Below are positions 56,634-64,000 of a stretch of DNA of 64,000 nt, in pieces. Below the pieces are notes generated by a model. It was not told where the DNA came from. It saw only the letters and a program-made list of their open reading frames with translations, and did not search any database. Position 1 is the first letter of the stretch; the number at the start of each line of letters is the position of its first letter. Source of the DNA: Spirochaetia bacterium (GTDB lineage: Bacteria; Spirochaetota; Spirochaetia; SZUA-6; Bin103); assembly GCA_965203905.1 (NCBI GenBank), contig CBDBDQ010000005.1:5408001-5472000 (forward strand). Direction: 5' to 3'. A program made the translations under genes and the position numbers.

Positions 56634-56871
56634 GGAGCGCTCCTCGCGCGGACTCGGCAGTAATTCGGAGCCGCACACCGCTGCGAGATATTGTAACGAA
56701 CGTTCCCAATATATCCCGCCGGATTACGGGTGAGCAACCGGCGCCCCGGCAATGCGCCACCTGCCCCGAAGTCCGAGCGCCGCCTGCAACGTTGATGCCG
56801 AACCATCATCGCATGATCGGCGTCGGCCCCGGTAACCCGTAACGGCCGATGCCGCCGCGCAGCCCGGGCGC

Positions 56872-56904
56872 GTCGCAATGCGCAACCCTGTGGCAAACTG
56901 CGAC
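56872..56904 (+). promoter_or_regulatory. Tandem palindromic UAS (putative enhancer-binding-protein site)
   Basis: GTCGCAATGCGCAAC-3nt-GTGGCAAACTGCGAC. Confidence 0.6.
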
Positions 56905-57084
56905 GGAGGCCATAACGCGTTCCAACACAACTACTTACATCCACGTTGCGGATTCCATCGTTGCATCTTGCCGATTCCCCGACCGCCACAGCGGGCTTCC
57001 TGTGCCCGCCCCCGGTGCCTCCTTGGTACGTGTAATTACATATAGACACGACAATTGAAGAAAACCGAGCGCTTACTCGGAAGC

Positions 57085-57101
57085 CTGGCACGATAGTTGC
57101 T
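57085..57101 (+). promoter_or_regulatory. Sigma54 -24/-12 promoter
   Basis: CTGGCACGATAGTTGCT. Confidence 0.8.
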
Positions 57102-57124
57102 ACATATCCGACAGGGAGGGGGCG

Positions 57125-58762
57125 ATGATCGCAACTATTGGGGGCTTGGCAGGTGGATTCGGGCTGTTCTACATGGGCATGAAGCTGCTCTCGGACCACC
57201 TCATGCTATTGAGCAATCGGCGCCTGCGCATGAGCGCCGCCCGCTGGACCGGCAATCGCTGGACCGGGTTCGCCTGGGGCGCGATTGCCGGCGCCGCAAC
57301 GCAGACCATGCCGGCGCTGACGTTCATCGCGGTGGGCATGTTGAGGTCGGGACTGCTGTCCGTACGCCGGTCCCTCCCCATCCTGCTCGGCGGGAACGTC
57401 GGGGTGGCACTGCTGGTGCTGGTGGTGATGCTCGACATGAAGCTTGCGGTGCTGTACGTCCTTGGCGTATCGCAGATCATGGCCATAATGGCTACGAGAC
57501 GGGCGGTAAGACTCAGGACCATGGCCGCGGCATTGTTCGGGATGGGCATGATGATTCTGGGCTTTCTCGTGCTCAAGGAGTCGGTAGCGCCGCTGGCGGA
57601 CTATCCCTGGTTCAGTGACACCGTGGTCTGGGCGGGCGGCTCCCTGTTCCTGTGCCTGGCCGCAGGCCTGATTCTCACCATCATCGTGCAATCGTGCGGC
57701 GTGGTCACGGTTTGCGCGATGAGCATGTCCATCGCGGGCATCCTCGGCGTCGAACAGGTCATGATGCTGTTCTACGGCGCGTGCCTGGGTTCGAGCGCGG
57801 TCGTGTTCCTGCTGTCGGCAAGACTTACCGGCTGTTCCCGGCAGGTGGCGATGTACCAGGTGTTGTACAATTGCGTCCTCGTTGCCATCTTCGTTCCGCT
57901 GCTCTACCTGGAAGCGCATCTTGGCGTGCCGCTGTTCGGCGCCGTGATCGCGGTCATCGACCTCCCTCTTGAGCAGATCCTTGGGTTGTTCATCATTTTC
58001 ACGACCGTTATCACCGGTCTGGTCCAGCTTGCGGCGCTGGTCCCGGCGGTGAAGTTGCTCGACCGATGGTGGCCGACTACGGAAGCGGAGACATTGTCGA
58101 AACCGTGGTTCATTCACGACGGTACTCTGCACGACGCCGAGAGCTCGCTGGAGCTGGCGGATCGCGAGCAGCGGCGTTTGCTGGAGATATTGTCGCGCTG
58201 CCTGGACACCGTACGGCAGGGAACCGAAATGGGCGCGCTGCGTGAGGCCGCGCGGACCGTGCTGACCCGTGTCGAGGAGTTCCTGGACGACGTGGCGGAG
58301 CACTACCCTGACCACAGCATCGACCACCACGTATCGATGCTGACCCGCCAGCGGCTGCTGTTCTGGCTCGATGAACGCGTGCTGGAGCTGTGTGACGAAC
58401 TGCACGTCATGCCCCAGCAAGCCGAGCTGGACGAGTGGCGCATGGGTCTGGTGGAGGGCATCGACGCCGTGCTGCTGGTGCTGCAGGACGCGCTCGGTAC
58501 AAGCGACGAAGCCTCCTGGCCGGTTGCGCTGCAACTGATGAGCGGGCGCAGCGAGCTGATGCGCAAGATGCGAAGCACCTACCTGGGAGACGAGTCCGAC
58601 CTCAGCGGTGCCGAGCGCAAGAGCGTGCTGCGGCTCACCAGCATCACGGAGCACGTCTTCCTGCTGCTGTCGAAACTTGCGCTCGAGTACCAACCGTCGA
58701 TGGACGTCGCCAGCGTGCGGAACAATGGACATGAACGCGAGCTGCGGGTGGCAAGCGAGTGA
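57125..58762 (+). CDS. Na/Pi cotransporter family protein, paralog 2
   Basis: Colinear and closely similar to 43245..44870. Confidence 0.8.
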   Translation: MIATIGGLAGGFGLFYMGMKLLSDHLMLLSNRRLRMSAARWTGNRWTGFAWGAIAGAATQTMPALTFIAVGMLRSGLLSVRRSLPILLGGNVGVALLVLVVMLDMKLAVLYVLGVSQIMAIMATRRAVRLRTMAAALFGMGMMILGFLVLKESVAPLADYPWFSDTVVWAGGSLFLCLAAGLILTIIVQSCGVVTVCAMSMSIAGILGVEQVMMLFYGACLGSSAVVFLLSARLTGCSRQVAMYQVLYNCVLVAIFVPLLYLEAHLGVPLFGAVIAVIDLPLEQILGLFIIFTTVITGLVQLAALVPAVKLLDRWWPTTEAETLSKPWFIHDGTLHDAESSLELADREQRRLLEILSRCLDTVRQGTEMGALREAARTVLTRVEEFLDDVAEHYPDHSIDHHVSMLTRQRLLFWLDERVLELCDELHVMPQQAELDEWRMGLVEGIDAVLLVLQDALGTSDEASWPVALQLMSGRSELMRKMRSTYLGDESDLSGAERKSVLRLTSITEHVFLLLSKLALEYQPSMDVASVRNNGHERELRVASE

Positions 58763-58810
58763 CGGTTCATCGCGACCCAGCCGATCGGATCATCGTGGCT
58801 ACGGTGTGGA

Positions 58811-60283
58811 TTACAGATCGAGGCGCTGAAACTGGCAGTCGGGAGCTTCCACGGCAGTGAGCCGATCGCGCAAGAGGGCGATCATGCGCTGCTCCGGCGC
58901 CGGGTCACGCAACGGGTGCCGCTGCCCGCGATCGGTCTGGCAGTCGAACAACAGGTTGAAGTCAGAACAGTCCAACGCCGACTCTGATAGCTGCCGCCAG
59001 CGGAGCTGGGGGTAGCCGCGGTCGCTCGGGTACTTGAGGAAGTAGCCGTACTCCACGTCCAGCCGGTTCAGCGCCAGGAAGTCCTGGCTGCCGCGCGGCA
59101 TCATGGTATGATGATGCGCCCAGCTCTCGGGCAATGCCTGCCGGAAGTAACGGTAGCGGCCGTCGGTCAGGCACACGTCCTTGCCGAAGCCGCCGTACAG
59201 CACCGCCTGGTGGTGGTCCGCGTCGGCGGCCAGCAGGTGGCACAGCGAGCGGCCCTGCACCTGCTCCGGCACCGCCATGCGGTGCAACTCCAGGAAGGTG
59301 GGCATCAGGTCGACGGTGGTGGTCAGCGCGCGCTGCACGCGGCCTCCACCGGCGCCGGGTGCGCACACGATCAGCGGAATGTGCGCCAGCTCGTCGTACA
59401 GCGCCATCTGCATCTTGCCCCAGTAGCCGCGCTCACCGAGGATGTGGCCGTGGTCGGTGGTCAGCACCACCACGGTGTCGTCCCACATGCCGTGCTGATC
59501 CAGCTTGTCGAGCAGCTTGCCGAGCCAGTGGTCGGCCATCGTAAGTGCGCCACCGTAGCAGGCGCGGATGTGGCGCACCGTCTCCTCGTCGTCGAGCGCG
59601 GGATCGAGACGGCCGTACAGCGGCCAGGTGAAGTGGTAGCGGTCCCAGCGGTCGCCGTACCGTTCGCGGTAGCGCGCCGGGCAGTCGAACGGCTCGTGCG
59701 GGTCGAACACCTCCAGGTGCAGGTGCCAGTCCTGCGCGTCGTGGTTGCGCTCGATGAAGTCCAGGGCGCGCTCGAAGCAGCGCGGCGTGGAGTAGTCTTC
59801 GTCGCGCTCCATCGGCGCGTAGATCTGGTTGCGCCAGTAGCCCCAGCGGCAGGGCCCCTCCAGGCCGCGCGCGCCGTCCGGCTTGGGTGGCTCCTGCACC
59901 AGCGGGCGCCAGGTGTCGCCCTCCTGGCCGCGCACGAACTCCCACGAGCTGTAGATCGTGTTGTAACCCTCGCCGCCGGAGTGGAAGTAGTGGTAGTGGT
60001 CGGTGATCATGTGGCTGTACACGCCGCGCTCCTCGCGCAGCATGGTGGGCAGGCACTCGTCCCACGGCTGCACCGGGCTCCACGGCGTCTCCAGGAAGTT
60101 GACGCGGCCGGTGAGCATCTCCCGGCGCGCCGGCATGCAGGGCAGCGAGCCGGCGAAGTGGTTGTCGAACACCGTGCCGCGCTGCGCCAGCCGGTCGATG
60201 TTGGGGGTGATGGCGAACTCGTTGCCGTAGCAGCGCAGGTAGTGGCGGTTCAGCGAGTCCATGATGATGAAGATGGTTCTCAC
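58811..60283 (-). CDS. Cys-type (formylglycine) sulfatase
   Basis: MDSLN, TPNIDRLA, SLPCMPARREMLTG (CxPxR), FDPHEP, TTDHG. Confidence 0.9.
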   Translation of the reverse strand: MRTIFIIMDSLNRHYLRCYGNEFAITPNIDRLAQRGTVFDNHFAGSLPCMPARREMLTGRVNFLETPWSPVQPWDECLPTMLREERGVYSHMITDHYHYFHSGGEGYNTIYSSWEFVRGQEGDTWRPLVQEPPKPDGARGLEGPCRWGYWRNQIYAPMERDEDYSTPRCFERALDFIERNHDAQDWHLHLEVFDPHEPFDCPARYRERYGDRWDRYHFTWPLYGRLDPALDDEETVRHIRACYGGALTMADHWLGKLLDKLDQHGMWDDTVVVLTTDHGHILGERGYWGKMQMALYDELAHIPLIVCAPGAGGGRVQRALTTTVDLMPTFLELHRMAVPEQVQGRSLCHLLAADADHHQAVLYGGFGKDVCLTDGRYRYFRQALPESWAHHHTMMPRGSQDFLALNRLDVEYGYFLKYPSDRGYPQLRWRQLSESALDCSDFNLLFDCQTDRGQRHPLRDPAPEQRMIALLRDRLTAVEAPDCQFQRLDL

Positions 60284-60323
60284 GGGCGTGGTCCTCGGGT
60301 CGCGGTGTCGGTAGCGCGGCGCA

Positions 60324-60752
60324 TTATGCCATACTTGGCTTCTCCCATGGATTGATCACGTCCACCTCCAGGCCGTCGAAGTCCGTCACGTTCCGCGTCG
60401 CAAGAGCCAGACCGTGCGCCTTCGCGGTTCCGGCTATCAGCGCGTCGCCGAGGTGCAGAACGCGGCCCGATCGTTGTGCGTGCACCCGCAGCTCCGCGGC
60501 CGCTTCCGCCTCGCGCCGAGCCAACGGCAGGATGCGATCCGCATACTCGGCCACGAACCTGGCCACGACGGCCTGCAATCCCTCGCGCCGGCGGCCGGCT
60601 GGCAGCAAACGCAGACCGAACTCCAGCTCGTGCAGGACGATGCTCGATACCCACAGAGCCCGGTGCCGATTCAGGAATGAGATCACGCGCGCGTCCGGTT
60701 CATCCCTGGTCAGCTCGGAGATGACGTTGGTATCGAGCAGGATCCCTTTCAC
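60324..60752 (-). CDS. vapC: VapC/FitB PIN-domain toxin
   Basis: LLDTNVISE, DALIAGTA, LATRNVTDF. Confidence 0.9.
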   Translation of the reverse strand: MKGILLDTNVISELTRDEPDARVISFLNRHRALWVSSIVLHELEFGLRLLPAGRRREGLQAVVARFVAEYADRILPLARREAEAAAELRVHAQRSGRVLHLGDALIAGTAKAHGLALATRNVTDFDGLEVDVINPWEKPSMA

Positions 60753-61027
60753 TCGCCTTGCTCATCGATGAACGGGACCGGCCGCCCCGGTTCGTGGCGG
60801 TCCGGAGCGTCGAGGTTCGTACCCCGTGGCATGTTGTCAACCAACCATCGTCCCAGGGGCTGGGCCGAGCGGGAGTGGGCGCTCCAGAGCTCCGCGGGCA
60901 CGACGACGAACGACCTTCTCACGCCGATGCGCTGGGGGCCCTCCTGTTCGGCGCGGCGCAGCACCTCCGAGAGACGCGCCTTTGCTTCGGAAACGGTCCA
61001 GATGTGGCCGGCAGGGGAGTGTGTCAC
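60749..61027 (-). CDS. Phd/YefM-family antitoxin
   Basis: WTVSEAKARLSEVLRRAEQEGPQRI; GGAGG ribosome-binding site; GTGA overlap with the toxin gene. Confidence 0.85.
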   Translation of the reverse strand: MTHSPAGHIWTVSEAKARLSEVLRRAEQEGPQRIGVRRSFVVVPAELWSAHSRSAQPLGRWLVDNMPRGTNLDAPDRHEPGRPVPFIDEQGE

Positions 61028-61174
61028 CAGTATGCCTCCATGTCGAGAATATAGTCTAATATGGACCATGTCGCGCATCTGGCCGATCCGGAGTGGCGGC
61101 GGGCCGCGTTATGCCATACAGTGTGAAGAACTGACGGTACCTGACGCGCAGGGCGCGCATTCGAGGAGGAAGTG

Positions 61175-63250
61175 ATGATGACCATGGGAAGACTGATGCG
61201 GCTGCCGGCCACTGCGGCGGCCTTGCTGGCGCTGGCGGCGGTGGCATTCGCCGGCGGTGCCGAGGAGGGCACGCAGGCGGCGGACGAGGCTGCCGGCGCC
61301 GCAATGGCCGCCGGCGCCGGCATGAGCTTCGACCACGAATGGGACTCGCTGCGCACGTTCGTGACGGTGTCCGAGTACACGCGCCAGACCGGCAACGCGG
61401 TCGGCGAGTACCACGAGGCGCCGGAGCTGGCGGCGCGGGTGGCGGACGGCTCGCTGGAGCCGGTCGGCGACCGGCTGCCCGATGATCCCGCGCTGGTGGT
61501 GCCCTACCACGAGATCGGCCAGTACGGCGGCACCGCCTTCATCGGCCGCATGAGCCGGTTGAACTGGTCCGACGCGCAGATGATCGGCATCAGCTACGAG
61601 CCGGTCACCCGGCTCGCCTCCGACCACCGCTCGGTGGTGTGCAACGTGTGCGAGTCGTGGCAGATGAGCGCTGATGCGCAGGCCGTGACCATCCGCCTGC
61701 GGCCCGGCATGCGCTGGTCCGACGGCGACGCCTTCGACGCCGACGACATCATGTTCTGGTACCAGGACGTGATGCTCAACGAGGAGTTGACGCCGAGACC
61801 GCCGCGCCGCTGGGCTCTGGGCGGCAGCTTCGTGCAGGTGGAAAAGGTGGACGACCACACCGTGACGCTGAACTTCGCGGCACCGTTTCCCAACTGGGCG
61901 CCGTCGATGGCTACCACCATGGGCGGCGACATGCTCCTGCCGCGCCACTACCTGGAGGGGTTTCACCCCGACTACACCGACCGCGCGAAGCTGGAGGCGC
62001 GCGCCAAGGAGGAGGGCTTCGAGGCGTGGACCCAGTACTTCGGCCAGACCAAGCAATCCTGGGCCACCATCGTGCCGCGCTACAACCCCGACCTGCCCAC
62101 CATCCTGCCGTTCTACCTCACCGAGTACTCCACCGACATCTCGCAGTGGCAGCGCAACCCCTACTACTGGAAGGTGGACCCGGCCGGCAATCAGCTCCCG
62201 TACATGGAACGCATCGTGGTCACCAACGTCGAGGACCTGGAGGTGTGGAACGGCAAGACCCTGGCCGGCGAGTACACCATGAGCGGCTTTCTCACCTCGG
62301 TGGAGGACTTCGCCCTGTTCAAGGAGAACGAGGAGACCGGTGACTACCGGGTGATCAACTGGCCCACGGCGTTCGCGGCCGCGGTCAACTACGAGCCCAA
62401 CCTCACCGCTCCCGACATGGACCTGCGGCCGATCTTCCAGGACGTGCGCTTCCGCCGCGCCCTGTCGCTGGCGATCAACCGTGACGAGATCAACCAGGTG
62501 GTGTTCTTCGGCCTCGGCGAGCCGGCGCAGATGACCCTGCTGCCTACCTCCAAGTACTACGAGGAGAGCTTCGCGCAGGCCTGGGCCGAGTACGACCCCG
62601 ACGCCGCCAACGCACTGCTGGACGAGATGGGTCTGGAGTGGGATGGGCGCAACGAGTACCGGCTGCTGCCGAACGGCAAGCGGCTTTCCTTCACCGTGGA
62701 GTACATCAACGTGGAGACTCCCAAGACGCGGGTCTCCGAGCTGGTGGCCGAGCACTGGGCGGCGATCGGCGTCGAGGCGATCCTCAAGGAGGAGGGGCGG
62801 CGGCTGGTCAACGAGCGCGTGGCCGCCAACCAGATCTCCTTCAGCCTGGCGCACGGCTTCGGCAGCAACGACCTGCACTTCGAGTCGGGGCGCATGCAGT
62901 GGTTCGTACCGTTCTCGGTCGGCTGGGCCAACCCGTGGGCGGTGGAGTGGGCGCGCTGGTATCAGACCGGCGGCGCCGAGGGAGAGGAGCCGCCTGCGGA
63001 GATCCAGGAGCTGCAGCGGCTGCGTGAGCAGTTCCTGATCGAGCCGGACGAGGTGGAACGGATCCGCATCGGCAAGCGGATTCTGCAGTCGCAGGCGGAC
63101 AACCTCTGGACCATCGGCACGGTGCGCCTGATTCCGCAGCCGCTGGTGATCAAGAACAGCGTCGGCAACTTTCCCGAGCGCGGGTTGTGGGGCTACAGCG
63201 TGATCTGGACCTTCCCGCACCACCCCGAGCAGTTCTACCTCAAGCAGTAG
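61175..63250 (+). CDS. ABC transporter solute-binding protein, family 5
   Basis: Signal peptide followed by AFAGGAEE; EIGQYGG, LRPGMRWSDG, RNPYYWKVD..GNQLPY, FRRALSLAINR. Confidence 0.9.
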   Translation: MMTMGRLMRLPATAAALLALAAVAFAGGAEEGTQAADEAAGAAMAAGAGMSFDHEWDSLRTFVTVSEYTRQTGNAVGEYHEAPELAARVADGSLEPVGDRLPDDPALVVPYHEIGQYGGTAFIGRMSRLNWSDAQMIGISYEPVTRLASDHRSVVCNVCESWQMSADAQAVTIRLRPGMRWSDGDAFDADDIMFWYQDVMLNEELTPRPPRRWALGGSFVQVEKVDDHTVTLNFAAPFPNWAPSMATTMGGDMLLPRHYLEGFHPDYTDRAKLEARAKEEGFEAWTQYFGQTKQSWATIVPRYNPDLPTILPFYLTEYSTDISQWQRNPYYWKVDPAGNQLPYMERIVVTNVEDLEVWNGKTLAGEYTMSGFLTSVEDFALFKENEETGDYRVINWPTAFAAAVNYEPNLTAPDMDLRPIFQDVRFRRALSLAINRDEINQVVFFGLGEPAQMTLLPTSKYYEESFAQAWAEYDPDAANALLDEMGLEWDGRNEYRLLPNGKRLSFTVEYINVETPKTRVSELVAEHWAAIGVEAILKEEGRRLVNERVAANQISFSLAHGFGSNDLHFESGRMQWFVPFSVGWANPWAVEWARWYQTGGAEGEEPPAEIQELQRLREQFLIEPDEVERIRIGKRILQSQADNLWTIGTVRLIPQPLVIKNSVGNFPERGLWGYSVIWTFPHHPEQFYLKQ

Positions 63251-63268
63251 CGCTGCGGGGAGCGGCCC

Positions 63269-63303
63269 GCAGTTCCGGGCCGGCGCAAGCCGTCCGGGAC
63301 TGC
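63269..63303 (+). other. GNRA-capped stem-loop between SBP and permease genes
   Basis: GCAGTTCCGGGCCGGC-GCAA-GCCGTCCGGGACTGC. Confidence 0.5.
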
Positions 63304-63325
63304 CGGCGGGCGCGAAGCGAGAGCG

Positions 63326-64000
63326 ATGGGCGCATACGTCATCCGGCGGGTGATCTACGCCGTGATCACGCTGCTGGTGATCTCGGTGGTGGCGTACGTC
63401 ATCATCCAGCTCCCGCCGGGCGATTACCTCACCTCCTACATCATGCGCCTGGAGATGCAGGGCGGGGAGGTGACCGATGCCGAGGTGGAGACCCTGAAGC
63501 GCGAGTACGGCTTCGACCTGCCGCCGCACCTGCGCTATTTCAAGTGGATGGCCAACCTGCTGCGCGGCGACCTGGGCCGCTCCTTCTTCTACAACCGGCC
63601 GGTGCTGGAGCTGCTCGCCGAGCGCCTGCCGCTGAGCCTGCTGGTGTCGCTGCTGGCGCTGCTGTTCACCTACCTGGTGTCGATTCCGGTCGGCATCTAC
63701 TCCGCCACCCACCAGTACTCGCTGTGGGACTACACGCTGAGCTTCGTCGGCTTCGTCGGCCTGGCCACGCCCAACTTCATCCTGGCGTTGCTGCTGATGT
63801 TCTTCTTCTTCAAGACCTTCGGGCTCAGCATCGGCGGCCTGTTCTCACCCGAGTACCTGCTGGAGCCATGGAGCTGGGGCAAGTTCGTGGACCTGCTGAA
63901 GCACCTGCCGGTGCCGGTGATCGTGATCGGCACCGCCGGCACCGCGGGTCTGATCCGGGTGATGCGCGGACTGATGCTGGACGAGATGGCCAAACAGTAC
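63326..64000 (+). CDS. ABC transporter permease (DppB/OppB-like), 3' end outside window
   Basis: Manual translation MGAYVIRRV...IIQLPPGDY...GDLGRSF...GLATPNF; not in the ORF track. Confidence 0.9.
   Translation, partial: MGAYVIRRVIYAVITLLVISVVAYVIIQLPPGDYLTSYIMRLEMQGGEVTDAEVETLKREYGFDLPPHLRYFKWMANLLRGDLGRSFFYNRPVLELLAERLPLSLLVSLLALLFTYLVSIPVGIYSATHQYSLWDYTLSFVGFVGLATPNFILALLLMFFFFKTFGLSIGGLFSPEYLLEPWSWGKFVDLLKHLPVPVIVIGTAGTAGLIRVMRGLMLDEMAKQY

Noticed and set aside
61109-63712. 867-aa minus-strand ORF, and similar long antisense ORFs at 30715-32721, 57206-58732, 1199-2932 and 46944-48494
   Set aside because: Shadow ORFs opposite well-supported genes. High-GC codon bias removes stops on the antisense strand, and no motifs are recognisable.

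Overview
High-GC bacterial chromosomal segment, probably from a Spirochaetota member. This is inferred from the 'FAGAEEE/AFAGGAEE' solute-binding-protein N-termini and the comEC-rsmA adjacency. The many PhyH, aldo-keto reductase, Gfo/Idh/MocA, sulfatase and BNR paralogs resemble marine or sponge-associated genomes. The window holds about 55 CDSs, mostly sugar-acid and glycoside catabolism plus ABC transport, along with tRNA-Glu(CTC), tRNA-Lys(TTT), two type II toxin-antitoxin modules, a 5'-truncated GH32 and a frameshifted HNH gene. I found no CRISPR array, rRNA or integrase. The most notable observations: (1) a visibly lower-GC ~11 kb catabolic island with a cupin-AraC-PAS regulator and a conserved bipartite operator upstream of four transcription units; (2) a serine-palmitoyltransferase-like/FabZ/acyl-CoA ligase/DRTGG operon; (3) two Na/Pi-cotransporter paralogs with degenerate QSSS motifs that share a sigma54 promoter, tandem UAS boxes and an IHF-like site; (4) a Kch-like channel with a non-canonical filter (TLGYDYD); (5) an apionate-type RuBisCO-like-protein cassette behind tRNA-Glu; (6) a PhyH enzyme with an HxG (halogenase-type) motif; (7) repeated signs of leaderless transcription. 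All functional calls come from recognising motifs by eye; no searches were run.
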